From Reclinomonas americana ATCC 50394 (taxonomy: Eukaryota), in the NCBI GenBank assembly GCA_048213135.1, contig PS015010.1:992001-1056000 (forward strand): DNA of 64,000 bases, written 5' to 3'. Below are positions 1 to 9,858 of the stretch, in pieces; positions within the stretch are counted from its first letter, which is position 1; each line of letters starts with the position of its first letter. The position numbers and the translations under genes are program-made. The notes under the pieces are model-generated. The model was not told the origin of the DNA, ran no database searches, and saw only the letters and a list, made by a program, of their open reading frames with translations.

Positions 1-343
1 TGCTGCGGTTGATCAGCGTGATCACTTCGTTGTGAGCCGCTTTGCCAACGATTGGCTGATCGGTGCCCGGGCCTTTGCGGATGTTGAGGTTGCTGCTTTC
101 CGTAGTCACTTTTACTTTGGTTACGGAAGCGTCAACGGCTACATTCACATTCAGCACCAGGTCGCCGCCCGTGAAATTGGGATCGAGTTTGCCGTAGATG
201 TCCCACAACTGGTCTTTTACAGCACCGGTAGGCGCTGTACCGTCTACGTAAAGCACACCTTCCTGTTCCCTCACCTGGAGGTTGCTGACACCTGCCGCGG
301 TTGCCGCGTCGGTGAGTTCTTTGTATTTATCTGCTACTGCCAT
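1..343 (-). CDS. SH3 domain-containing protein (partial, runs off window start; missing from ORF track)
   Basis: Manual translation from ATG at 343: MAVADKYKELTDAATAAGVSNLQVREQEGVLYVDG...VKVTTESSNLNIRKGPGTDQPIVGKAAHNEVITLINRS; LNIRxGPGT is a bacterial SH3b signature. Confidence 0.8.
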   Translation of the reverse strand, partial: MAVADKYKELTDAATAAGVSNLQVREQEGVLYVDGTAPTGAVKDQLWDIYGKLDPNFTGGDLVLNVNVAVDASVTKVKVTTESSNLNIRKGPGTDQPIVGKAAHNEVITLINRS

Positions 344-361
344 AATATGTTTCCTCCTCGT

Positions 362-850
362 TTATTTTACGGTTAATTTGTTTTCAATTTTTTTAGGTTT
401 CAGCGAGTTCAGCGCCATCATCAGTTTTGGCAGCGCGTCTTTTTTGATATCGCCCATCAGTGTGATCACGCCTTCTTTTACTTCTGCCTTAACGGTAGAG
501 AAGTCTTTAATAGCGTCGTTCACACCTTTTGTCAGCGGATCATCAGCTGTGATAACAGGAGGCGGAGCTACTACAACAGGAGCAGCCACGGTGCAATTGT
601 TAACTACAGATTTTACGCCTTTAACGTCTTTTACTGCGGCTTCGCACTTCGCTTTGCAGGCATCGTCCTTGCATTCACCGCTAATGGTGGCTGTGCCGTC
701 TTTTACTTCCACTGTGGTACTGGCCATATCAGGGTCAGCTTTCAGTTTGGTTTCAATCGCCGTTTTAATGTCGGCATCTTTTGGTTTACAACCGGTGAAA
801 CCGATCGCCAGGGCAACTGCCAGCGCCAGAGGGATTTTCATAAACTTCAT
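362..850 (-). CDS. BON domain lipoprotein
   Basis: Lipobox ALAIGFTGC; two BON-like repeats (DADIKTAIETKL...VEVKDGTATISG...VKGVKSVVNN). Confidence 0.85.
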   Translation of the reverse strand: MKFMKIPLALAVALAIGFTGCKPKDADIKTAIETKLKADPDMASTTVEVKDGTATISGECKDDACKAKCEAAVKDVKGVKSVVNNCTVAAPVVVAPPPVITADDPLTKGVNDAIKDFSTVKAEVKEGVITLMGDIKKDALPKLMMALNSLKPKKIENKLTVK

Positions 851-933
851 TGTCAAAGTTGTTTGAGGTTAATTAAAAAAATTCGGCATAAACCTAAGGG
901 TTTTATAGATATGATACAATGCCGTTAACAATT

Positions 934-1719
934 TTATAAACAACCTAATCTTCCGCCGTCCACGGGCAGGTTAATGCCGTTGATATAAGCGGCGGCGGGG
1001 CTGCACAAAAATGCTACCGCGGCGCCAAACTCTTCGGGCTGCCCCATACGTCCGGCGGGTATTTCAGCAATAAACTCCTGTAATACTTCAGCTTCTGTTT
1101 TGCCGGTTTTTGCGGCTTTGGTGCTTACTACATAATCGGCCCTTACGGTTTTGGTGAAGCCGGGCAACACATTATTAACCGTGATGCCCGAGGGGGCCAG
1201 TTCCGTGGCTAATGTTTTTGCCCAGCTGGCTACCGCCGCCCGGGTGGTATTGCTCACACCCAGCCCTTGAATGGGAACCTTTACGGATGTGGATATGATA
1301 TTGATGATACGGCCGAAACCCGCGGCTTTCATGCCGGGCACCACTGCCTGCACCAGGTTGTGGTTATTGATGAGGTGGTTATTGTAAGCCGAGAGGAATG
1401 CTTCCGGCGTGGCGTCGAGTATGGGCCCGCCCGCCGGTCCGCCGGTATTGTTCACCAGTATATGAACAGTATGGTTATCCGTATACTCATGAATTACTTC
1501 TTTTACCCGGGCGGTATCGTTGAAGTCGGCTACCAGGTAAGTATGTTGCTGGGCGCCTGACAAAGGGAGAGAAGCTACCGCTTTCCGGAGGCTTTCTTCA
1601 TTGCGGGCAAACAGTACCAGGTTACAACCCATGAGGGCCAATTCCACGGCGCTGGCATAACCCAGGCCTTGTGTACTTCCGCAAACGACTGCGGTTTTTC
1701 CGGAGAGATCTAGATTCAT
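934..1719 (-). CDS. SDR family oxidoreductase
   Basis: Start trimmed to MNLDLSGK; CGSTQGLG Rossmann motif, VNNTGGP, C-terminal GINLPVDGG; catalytic segment reads SNTTR rather than YxxxK. Confidence 0.9.
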   Translation of the reverse strand: MNLDLSGKTAVVCGSTQGLGYASAVELALMGCNLVLFARNEESLRKAVASLPLSGAQQHTYLVADFNDTARVKEVIHEYTDNHTVHILVNNTGGPAGGPILDATPEAFLSAYNNHLINNHNLVQAVVPGMKAAGFGRIINIISTSVKVPIQGLGVSNTTRAAVASWAKTLATELAPSGITVNNVLPGFTKTVRADYVVSTKAAKTGKTEAEVLQEFIAEIPAGRMGQPEEFGAAVAFLCSPAAAYINGINLPVDGGRLGCL

Positions 1720-1742
1720 ATGTGTTACTTTTTTATCTGGAA

Positions 1743-2252
1743 TTAATGATGGAACCCGGTTGCCATTTTCAGTTTTTCCACCACGTGAAAAATAATCGGG
1801 CAGGTGCCGTAATACATCATAGTGCCGAAAAGTCTGCCGGTAAACCCGGGCCTGTCGAGGTGCGGGAACTCCCGGCATCCCGAAAAACGATCTTCGTACA
1901 CAGTGCATTTATTGTCGTGAAGAAAAGCGCAGGGAATGCGGTTCATCAGCATGCGTCCGCTCTCACTTTCTTCAATATAGGCGGATTTGAACGCGGTAAG
2001 CGGCATATCCAGCCTTGCGGATAAGTTGTCCGCCTCTTCGGTACTCACATTGATCATGAGCGAACGGCAGCAGTTACCGCATTGCGTACAGTCGATCGCA
2101 GCACTCACTTCTTCATTCAGCTGCATGACCATTTGGTCGATTGCGGTTGCGTCCTGCTGCTTCAGGAACAGGCGGAACTGTTCATTTTGTTCCTGGTTAT
2201 TGTCAGTCAGGCTTTGAATCTGCTGCAGGTCAATATGAATAGGATGACTCAA
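1743..2252 (-). CDS. YkgJ family Cys-cluster protein
   Basis: CTQCGNCC ... PCAFL...CTVYEDRFSGCREFP motif. Confidence 0.85.
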   Translation of the reverse strand: MSHPIHIDLQQIQSLTDNNQEQNEQFRLFLKQQDATAIDQMVMQLNEEVSAAIDCTQCGNCCRSLMINVSTEEADNLSARLDMPLTAFKSAYIEESESGRMLMNRIPCAFLHDNKCTVYEDRFSGCREFPHLDRPGFTGRLFGTMMYYGTCPIIFHVVEKLKMATGFHH

Positions 2253-2431
2253 ATCAAATACATTAATCGCCTGTAAAGATGATGAATTTCCCGCGCCGGC
2301 GGGTGATTAATTTATCCGAGCAGGATACGCTGATGCTTTAATTTTTTCTTAATGCTTACACCACATTGGGGTAATATCATTGGCTCAATTTTGTCCTGTC
2401 AACCACAGAAAACATTTTAAAACATACAGCC

Positions 2432-2830
2432 ATGAAAAAAATGATCCTCAAAGGCATCTTTGCCTTTAGCCTGCTCACTTTTACCCAACTGGTGAGTTTC
2501 TCTCCTTTATCAGCTTCCGCATCTGCCCAGTCAGACGGCAAGCCTTCCCTGGTTCAGTATGCCGGCAAAGCGGAAGGGTTCCTGCTTTTCGATGTCATTA
2601 TTCCTGCTTCATCCAAAGAACGCACCACGCTCAGCATCAGCAACGAGCATGGGGAAGAACTGTACAGCGAGGTTGTTCACGGTTCACAGTCGGCCCGCCG
2701 CATCAGGATCGAAGCAGCGGATATGAAGCAGGTGCAGTTCCGCATCAGCAGCCGCAGGACATCCTTTTCCAAAACATTTTCCGTAAACACGTCATATGTT
2801 GAAAAAACAGAAGTCGTGGAAGTGAAATAA
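2432..2830 (+). CDS. Secreted hypothetical protein (beta-rich)
   Basis: Sec signal peptide, A-rich start context, followed by a terminator. Confidence 0.7.
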   Translation: MKKMILKGIFAFSLLTFTQLVSFSPLSASASAQSDGKPSLVQYAGKAEGFLLFDVIIPASSKERTTLSISNEHGEELYSEVVHGSQSARRIRIEAADMKQVQFRISSRRTSFSKTFSVNTSYVEKTEVVEVK

Positions 2831-2858
2831 TCCTGCTGAACCGTATCCTTATCTGCCC

Positions 2859-2892
2859 GCAAAACCCCTCTGGTAAGGGGTTTTGTCATTTT
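2859..2892 (+). terminator. Intrinsic terminator
   Basis: CAAAACCCCT-ctggta-AGGGGTTTTG hairpin then T-rich tail after stop 2830. Confidence 0.7.
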
Positions 2893-2964
2893 ATGGGAGA
2901 TTGTATTCTAATTTCCCGGCCTTCGTATTTCACCAAACTTACTTTCGCACATTTTTGCCTGTGC

Positions 2965-2973
2965 TGTGGATAA
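2965..2973 (+). promoter_or_regulatory. Perfect DnaA box upstream of parE promoter
   Basis: TGTGGATAA (reverse complement TTATCCACA), 31 nt upstream of TATATTCG -7-like element at 3005-3012. Confidence 0.6.
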
Positions 2974-3100
2974 GTCAAAGTGCTAAAAATTGTAGTCATT
3001 CCGCTATATTCGCAACGCTGTAAACGGCAGGTATTCCTGTGATCACTGCTGTTGCGGCATGAGAAACCCCCGGAACGGGTCATGTTCCGCGACAAATGAT

Positions 3101-4993
3101 ATGGCAGAAAAGGAAAAAGTACAAACGGATTATACGGAAGATTCCATAAGGAGCCTCGACTGGCGGGAACACATCCGCCTGCGGCCGGGCATGTATATCG
3201 GCAAACTGGGCGATGGCAGCAGTGCCGATGATGGTATTTATGTGCTGATCAAGGAAGTGATTGATAACTGTATCGATGAACATACGATGGGGTATGGCAA
3301 GCATGTGGATGTAACCATACAGGGCAAAAGCATCACCGTACGCGACTACGGGCGGGGTATTCCGCTTGGTAAGGTGGTGGATGTAGTAAGCAAGATCAAC
3401 ACAGGCGCCAAGTACGACAGCAAAGCCTTCCAGAAAAGTGTGGGCCTGAACGGTGTGGGTACCAAGGCGGTGAATGCCCTGAGCACCTATTTTAAAGTAA
3501 CCGCTTACCGCGATGGAAAGGAGAAAACGGCTGAGTTTGAGAAAGGCGTACTGGTAAAAGAACACAAGGAAATGGCGACCAAAGAGGAGAACGGCACTTT
3601 TGTAACCTTTATTCCCGATGATTCGGTATTCAAGAACTTTCATTTTGTACAGGAGTACCTCGATAACCAGTTCTGGAATTACTGTTACCTGAATGCCGGG
3701 CTGGTGATGAACCTCAATGGCAAAAGGTATGTGAGTAAGAACGGCCTGCTCGATCTGCTGCAGCGCAAGACCAACGAGGATGAGATCCGTTATCCCATCA
3801 TCCACCTGAAAGGAGACGACATAGAAGTAGCCATCACCCACGAGAACGCCTATGGCGAAGAATACTACAGTTTCGTGAATGGCCAGTTTACCACGCAGGG
3901 TGGTACGCACCTTGCTGCTTTTCGCGAAGGCTATGTAAAAACGCTCCGCGAATTTTTCAAGAAAGATTATGACGCTGCTGATATACGGGGCAGCATCTGT
4001 GCCGCCATCAGTGTAAGGGTGCAGGAACCCGTGTTTGAAAGCCAGACCAAAACCAAACTGGGCTCACAGAATGTATATGAAGGCGGACCGAGTATGCGTA
4101 ATTTCATCGGCGACTTCCTTACCCGCGAACTGGATAACTTCCTTCACCGCAATCCCGCTACAGCAGAGGCGCTGAAGAAACGCATCGAACAGAACGAACG
4201 GGAACGCAAGGAACTGGCTGGTATCAAGAAACTGGCGAATGAAAGGGCGAAAAAGGCCAATCTTCATAATAAAAAACTCCGCGATTGTAAATTTCACTAC
4301 AACGACGAAGCCACCGGTAAGGATAAAGACAAGATTGCCGAAAAACAAAAGGAGAGCACCATCTTCATTACCGAGGGTGACAGTGCGAGTGGCAGCATCA
4401 CCAAGGCCCGCAATGTGGAAACGCAGGCGGTATTCAGCCTGAGGGGTAAACCGCTTAACTGTTTCGGTCTTACCAAAAAAGTGGTGTACGAGAACGAGGA
4501 ATTCAACCTGCTGCAGCACGCCCTCAATATTGAGGAAGGGTACGAAGGGCTGCGCTATAACAATATTGTATTTGCTACCGATGCCGATGTGGATGGTATG
4601 CACATCCGCCTGCTGCTGATGACCTTCTTCCTGCAATTCTTCCCCGACCTGGTGAAGAACGGGCACGTTTACATACTGGAAACACCATTGTTCAGGGTGC
4701 GGAATAAACAGGAGACCATTTACTGTTATGATGAAACGGAGAAACAGGCAGCTATGAAAAAGCTCGGCACCCGCCCGGAAGTGACCCGCTTCAAAGGTTT
4801 GGGCGAGATCAGCCCGGATGAATTTGCCCGCTTTATCAGCGATGATATGCGGCTGCAACCCGTGATGATGCTGCCCGATACTCATATCCAGCAACTGCTC
4901 GAATATTATATGGGCAAGAATACCCCGGCCAGGCAGGACTTTATTATCGGCAACCTGCGTGTGGAACTCGACCTGGCGGAAGAAACGGTATAA
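3101..4993 (+). CDS. parE: DNA topoisomerase IV subunit B
   Basis: [56 protein letters not shown]; Bacteroidota ParE length and style. Confidence 0.93.
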   Translation: MAEKEKVQTDYTEDSIRSLDWREHIRLRPGMYIGKLGDGSSADDGIYVLIKEVIDNCIDEHTMGYGKHVDVTIQGKSITVRDYGRGIPLGKVVDVVSKINTGAKYDSKAFQKSVGLNGVGTKAVNALSTYFKVTAYRDGKEKTAEFEKGVLVKEHKEMATKEENGTFVTFIPDDSVFKNFHFVQEYLDNQFWNYCYLNAGLVMNLNGKRYVSKNGLLDLLQRKTNEDEIRYPIIHLKGDDIEVAITHENAYGEEYYSFVNGQFTTQGGTHLAAFREGYVKTLREFFKKDYDAADIRGSICAAISVRVQEPVFESQTKTKLGSQNVYEGGPSMRNFIGDFLTRELDNFLHRNPATAEALKKRIEQNERERKELAGIKKLANERAKKANLHNKKLRDCKFHYNDEATGKDKDKIAEKQKESTIFITEGDSASGSITKARNVETQAVFSLRGKPLNCFGLTKKVVYENEEFNLLQHALNIEEGYEGLRYNNIVFATDADVDGMHIRLLLMTFFLQFFPDLVKNGHVYILETPLFRVRNKQETIYCYDETEKQAAMKKLGTRPEVTRFKGLGEISPDEFARFISDDMRLQPVMMLPDTHIQQLLEYYMGKNTPARQDFIIGNLRVELDLAEETV

Positions 4994-5032
4994 CTGCTGG
5001 TACTCATTTTATTTATCAACCCAAACTGATAC

Positions 5033-5845
5033 ATGATACATATAGTTTTTAATGAAGCAGACGTAAAAGTGCTGAATGCCGCCATTGAAATGGATGAAAG
5101 TCTGCAGGGTGAAGTGATACAGATCAAGGATGATTATGCCGTTGGTCCGCTCGACAATCTCTACATAGGCGAAGGTATGGAAGCCCGCAGGCAATGGTGG
5201 CGAGATGTGCTGGAAGGCGGCGATTATGCCGGTAAGGTGGACAGCGGGGATGCAGACGACTACAAAACCATCGCTGAACTGGTAGGCACGCTGCGCCGCA
5301 ATGAAGAGGAAACGGTCTGGATATGGGCCGCCCAGAACGGGCACGACGTATGCGGCTATTACTGGCTGCTGCACTACCTGAAAGAGTTCCAGGGCAGGGT
5401 ATGTATCCTGTACCTGAATAACCTGCCTTTCTTCAATGAAAAAGGCAATATTTTCTATCCCAACTGGCTGAGTGAGATCCCCGCGAAAGAATTCATTAAA
5501 GCGAAAAAATTATCCCGGGAGATCACCCTCAGTGAACTGGAAGTGGACCCGGACGAATGGATACGCATCTGCAATGAGCATAAAGGCGTACGCATACTGG
5601 AGGGAGGTAAAAAACTAATCCAGCACGACTATGATTTTTTTGACGCGGAACTGAAAAAACTCATCACTGCCGACTGGCAAAAAGCGTCCCGCATCATCCA
5701 TCAATTTCTTTCCAAAGCCAAACACACTACCGGCGACGCCTACCTGTTGTGGCGTTTGAAAGTAATGATAGCGCAGGATATGTTTGATGTACAGGGCAAA
5801 GTGGAGGGGATGAAGGACTTTGAGATAAAGACTAAAACCAATTAG
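5033..5845 (+). CDS. DUF1835/DUF3658 domain protein
   Basis: MIHIVF...DDYAVGPL...RRQWW N-terminus; C-terminal DFFDAEL...WQKASRII...GDAYLLWRL winged-helix-like segment. Confidence 0.75.
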   Translation: MIHIVFNEADVKVLNAAIEMDESLQGEVIQIKDDYAVGPLDNLYIGEGMEARRQWWRDVLEGGDYAGKVDSGDADDYKTIAELVGTLRRNEEETVWIWAAQNGHDVCGYYWLLHYLKEFQGRVCILYLNNLPFFNEKGNIFYPNWLSEIPAKEFIKAKKLSREITLSELEVDPDEWIRICNEHKGVRILEGGKKLIQHDYDFFDAELKKLITADWQKASRIIHQFLSKAKHTTGDAYLLWRLKVMIAQDMFDVQGKVEGMKDFEIKTKTN

Positions 5846-5852
5846 GTTCAAA

Positions 5853-5923
5853 AATTACGAATTACGAATTACGAATTTTGCTTGATAAAGCGATCCGTAA
5901 TTCGTAATTCATAATTCGTAATT
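5853..5923. repeat. Inverted heptamer arrays (AATTACG)3 ... (CGTAATT)4
   Basis: AATTACG at 5853, 5860, 5867; CGTAATT at 5896, 5903, 5917 and CATAATT at 5910. Confidence 0.9.
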
Positions 5924-5929
5924 ATTACA

Positions 5930-8449
5930 ATGGCAAAAGCTAAACATACAGAAGACTATCAGCACACCGACTCCGGCATTGGCGGCCAGTATAAAACCTG
6001 GTTCCTCGATTATGCGAGTTATGTAATACTGGAGCGGGCCGTACCCGCCGTGGAAGACGGACTGAAACCCGTGCAGCGCCGTATCCTGCACGCCATGAAG
6101 GAAATGGATGACGGCCGTTTTAATAAAGTGGCCAACATCATCGGGCAGTCCATGCAGTACCACCCGCATGGTGATGCTTCTATTGGCGACGCACTCGTGA
6201 ACATGGGACAGAAAGACCTGCTCATTGAAACGCAGGGTAACTGGGGCGACGTACGCACCGGCGACGAAGCCGCCGCAGCCAGGTATATAGAGGCACGTCT
6301 CAGCAAGTTCGCATTGGAAGTGGCATTCAACAATAAGACCACCGAGTGGGCACTCAGTTATGATGGCCGTAAGAACGAACCCGTAACCCTGCCCATGAAG
6401 TTCCCGCTGTTATTGGCACAGGGTGCCGAAGGTATTGCTGTGGGATTGGCCACTAAAATATTACCGCATAATTTTTGCGAACTCATAGAAGCGTCCATCA
6501 AATACCTGAGGGGAAAGAAATTTGAGATACTGCCCGACTTCCAGACCGGAGGCAGCATGGATGCCAGCAATTACAATGAAGGGAAAAGGGGAGGCAAGAT
6601 AAGGGTAAGAGCGGCTATTGAGGAACAGGATAAAAAAACACTGGTTATCCGCAGTGTGCCTTACGGTGTTACCACCACGCAACTGATGGAGAGCATTGTA
6701 AAAGCCAATGACCAGGGAAAGATCAAGATCAAAAAAGTGACTGATCATACCGCTGCTGATGTGGAGATCATTGTGGAACTGGCAGCCGGCATCTCACCTG
6801 ATATTACCATCGATGCCTTGTATGCTTTTACCGACTGTGAAGTGAGCATTTCTCCCAATGCCTGTGTGATTGTGGAGAACAAGCCACGTTTCCTGGGTGT
6901 GCATGAACTGCTGAAAATATCGGCCGATAATACCAAAGAACTGCTGAAACGCGAACTGGAGATCAAACTCGCCGAACTGCAGGAAAAATGGCACTACACC
7001 TCACTCGAAAAAATATTCTTCGAAGAAAAGATATATAAGGAACTGGAGAAAAAACATGAGACCTGGGATAAAGTGCTGGAGGCCATCGACAAGGCGTTTA
7101 CACCTTTCAAAAAACAACTGAAAAGAGAGATCACCCGGGAAGATATTATTAAACTCACGGAAAAGCCGGTACGTCGTATCTATAAACTGGATATCGACGA
7201 ACTGAACGACCAGATCAAAGCGCTGGAAGCCGAGATCAAACAGGTGAAACACGACCTGGCCAACCTGGTCGACTTTGCCGTGGCGTATTATGAGAACCTG
7301 CTGAAAAAATTTGGTAAAGGAAGGGAACGTAAGACGGAGATCAAACTGTTTGATGTTATCCAGGCCAAAACCGTGGCCATCGCCAATATCAAACTGTATG
7401 TCAATTTCGCCGACGGCTTCATTGGTACCGGCCTGAAAAAGGACGAACTGGTAGCGGAAGTCTCCGATCTGGATGATATCATCGCCTTTACCAAGTCGGG
7501 TGTGATGAAAGTGGTGAAAGTGGCCGATAAAACCTTTATCGGTAAAGACATCCTGCATGTGGCGGTGTTCCAGAAGAATGATGAGCGCACCACCTATAAT
7601 ATGATCTATGTCGATGGGAAGACCGGTGTGAGTTTTGCCAAACGTTTTAATGTAACGGGCATTACCCGCGACAAGGAATATGACCTTACCAAAGGTTCTG
7701 AAAAAAGCAAGGTGCATTACTTCTCCGCCAATCCCAATGGGGAAGCAGAAGTGGTGAAAGTGGTGCTGAGTCCGAATTGCAGCGCACGTAACAAGGAATT
7801 TGATTTTTATTTCGAAGAGATGGAGATCAAGGGAAGGGGCAGTATTGGCAACCAGGTAACCAAGTATCCCATTAAATCGGTGAAGTTCAAGGAAGCCGGT
7901 AATTCAACCCTGGATGCCAAGAAGATGTGGTTCGATAATAAATTCGGTCGTCTCAATACGGAAGAAAAAGGCGACTACCTGGGTAAGTTTGACGCGGAAG
8001 ACCGCCTGCTGGTGATCTACAATGATGGCAATTACGAGATCACCGACCAGGAACTGACCCAGCGTTTTGATACAGAGAAAGTGTTGCTGATAGAGAAATT
8101 CGATGCGCAAAAGATCATCTCCGCTGTTTATTACGATAAAGAAAAAGTACAGTTCAGTGTAAAACGTTTCCGGATTGAGACCACCACGCTGCACAATAAG
8201 TTCTTCTTCATCAAGGAAGGCCCTGAAAATTACCTGGAAGCCGTTACTACCGACGAAGAGCCGGTGCTGGCCATACAAAGCGGCCGCGGTGCACAGGTGC
8301 GGAGCGCTAAAATAAAGATCGCCAAAGTGGTGGAAGTCATGGGCTGGAAAGCGCTTGGCGCCAAACTGACCGACTATACCAAAAGCGTGGAAATGCAGTG
8401 GGAGAAAAAGGAGGATAAGGATAACCCGCAGGGGGCGTTGTTTGAATAA
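5930..8449 (+). CDS. parC: DNA topoisomerase IV subunit A
   Basis: YASYVILERAVP.VEDGLKPVQRRIL, YHPHGD, AAARYIEARL with catalytic Tyr. Confidence 0.93.
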   Translation: MAKAKHTEDYQHTDSGIGGQYKTWFLDYASYVILERAVPAVEDGLKPVQRRILHAMKEMDDGRFNKVANIIGQSMQYHPHGDASIGDALVNMGQKDLLIETQGNWGDVRTGDEAAAARYIEARLSKFALEVAFNNKTTEWALSYDGRKNEPVTLPMKFPLLLAQGAEGIAVGLATKILPHNFCELIEASIKYLRGKKFEILPDFQTGGSMDASNYNEGKRGGKIRVRAAIEEQDKKTLVIRSVPYGVTTTQLMESIVKANDQGKIKIKKVTDHTAADVEIIVELAAGISPDITIDALYAFTDCEVSISPNACVIVENKPRFLGVHELLKISADNTKELLKRELEIKLAELQEKWHYTSLEKIFFEEKIYKELEKKHETWDKVLEAIDKAFTPFKKQLKREITREDIIKLTEKPVRRIYKLDIDELNDQIKALEAEIKQVKHDLANLVDFAVAYYENLLKKFGKGRERKTEIKLFDVIQAKTVAIANIKLYVNFADGFIGTGLKKDELVAEVSDLDDIIAFTKSGVMKVVKVADKTFIGKDILHVAVFQKNDERTTYNMIYVDGKTGVSFAKRFNVTGITRDKEYDLTKGSEKSKVHYFSANPNGEAEVVKVVLSPNCSARNKEFDFYFEEMEIKGRGSIGNQVTKYPIKSVKFKEAGNSTLDAKKMWFDNKFGRLNTEEKGDYLGKFDAEDRLLVIYNDGNYEITDQELTQRFDTEKVLLIEKFDAQKIISAVYYDKEKVQFSVKRFRIETTTLHNKFFFIKEGPENYLEAVTTDEEPVLAIQSGRGAQVRSAKIKIAKVVEVMGWKALGAKLTDYTKSVEMQWEKKEDKDNPQGALFE

Positions 8450-8556
8450 TTTGTGGATGGGCGAATGTGGTAATTTGAAAATTTGACGATGTGCTGATTT
8501 GAAAATTAAGAACTTATCTTTCGCTTCGCATATAGGACATACATACGCATTGCGAA

Positions 8557-8580
8557 GAGATCCTTCGCTTCGCTCAGGAT
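8557..8580. repeat. REP-like palindromic element
   Basis: GAGATCCTTCGCTTCGCTCAGGAT with degenerate direct copy TATCTTTCGCTTCGCA at ~8515. Confidence 0.5.
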
Positions 8581-8663
8581 AAAATTCGTAATTGAAAAGT
8601 ACCGCCCGGGACTGAACATCGCATGAAAAGCCCGGGACGGTGACTTATAGGTGTATGGTTGAT

Positions 8664-9140
8664 TTAGTGTTCGAATATCCGCACTGTTCCCTTATACTCT
8701 GAAGGGCCGCCATTGCAGGGGATGGAAGGGTTTACAACGAATATAATGTTGTAGCACTGACCCTGCCAGCATCCATAATAAGATGAGCAATTTTCATTGG
8801 CCCATGCCTGCATCGCATCTATATTGGCTTTCCAGAAATCATTGAAATCGATCCAATCCTGGTCGCAGGGATCATTAATGGAAGACAGGTGTTTTGCCTG
8901 TACCGGGCGCAAACCCGTATACTCATGCGGGGCTGTTAACCTGGCTTGTACCAGTGTACCCTTTTTCAGCACATTGAACAATTCCTCTGAAATATGCAGC
9001 GTGCCTGTTGGCTGCGGAACTGCAATAGAGGATACGGTTAAGGGATGCCTGGCAGAAGTTGCACCTGTACTGATAAAGAACAGTATGGAAGCAGTTATGC
9101 AGAGAACCGCTACGCGTAATACTTTTGTTTTCATTTTCAT
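8664..9140 (-). CDS. Secreted Cys-rich hypothetical protein (paralogue of 9186-9692)
   Basis: Signal peptide; shares PTG.L..EE.FN, APH.Y, DPC.QD.ID, WAN..C, GCW.G, VNP...C with neighbour. Confidence 0.75.
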   Translation of the reverse strand: MKMKTKVLRVAVLCITASILFFISTGATSARHPLTVSSIAVPQPTGTLHISEELFNVLKKGTLVQARLTAPHEYTGLRPVQAKHLSSINDPCDQDWIDFNDFWKANIDAMQAWANENCSSYYGCWQGQCYNIIFVVNPSIPCNGGPSEYKGTVRIFEH

Positions 9141-9185
9141 ATTTTTTAAGAATTAAAGACGAATCATACGAACCCAACAGCAGGG

Positions 9186-9692
9186 TTATTCAAATACTTT
9201 TACAAACCTGTCATATTTAACCGGGTCGCCGCACCAGCGGGTAGGGTTTACCTGGTAAGTGATGCAAATGCCGCACCTTGGGCCTGTCCAGCAACCGCGG
9301 AATGGCATACAATGCGCATTGGCCCAGTTCACCATATAGGTATGCCAGGTGTTCATGAAATTGGTGTAGTCGATCAGGTCCTGTGCGCAGGGATCTGTGG
9401 ATGGCCAGGGCCAGGGAATTGCTTTTCCCGCCACATAGCTGTGCGGTGCTTCCAGTTTAGCTTCCAGGTATTGACCGTCATTAAGCTGGTTGAATTGCTC
9501 TTCTGTAACTTCCAGTACGCCGGTGGGTTCATCTGAGAAAGCGGTGGTGCCCGGTGAAGGCGCTTTTCCTGATAAAGTGCCGTTCTCTGTTGTTGTGGCC
9601 TCACTACCCGGCATATCCGCTTTTTTACAGGCATTGAAAACGAGAGCGAACACCAGGGCGAGGCCCAGGGTACGAGTGATCATTTTTTTCAT
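9186..9692 (-). CDS. Cys-rich hypothetical lipoprotein (paralogue of 8664-9140)
   Basis: Lipobox LVFNAC-KK; same motif series as neighbour. Confidence 0.75.
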   Translation of the reverse strand: MKKMITRTLGLALVFALVFNACKKADMPGSEATTTENGTLSGKAPSPGTTAFSDEPTGVLEVTEEQFNQLNDGQYLEAKLEAPHSYVAGKAIPWPWPSTDPCAQDLIDYTNFMNTWHTYMVNWANAHCMPFRGCWTGPRCGICITYQVNPTRWCGDPVKYDRFVKVFE

Positions 9693-9858
9693 ATGGGTGG
9701 TTTTGGTTAGGAAAAAGCAGCAGTCGAAGCTGTTTGCGGAGAGAAAGATAACACGGCATGATGGCCGATGCTATCGTTATTTAACCGGGAAAAAAACGGT
9801 AGGCACGCAGTTGTTCAACTGCATGGGAGGTCGTATTGGCAGGAAAAAATTAAAGGAA

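Noticed and set aside
32..866. Plus-strand ORFs 32-376 and 282-866
   Set aside because: Antisense to the recognisable SH3 and BON genes
3080..4894. Two 276 aa minus-strand ORFs
   Set aside because: Antisense shadows of parE
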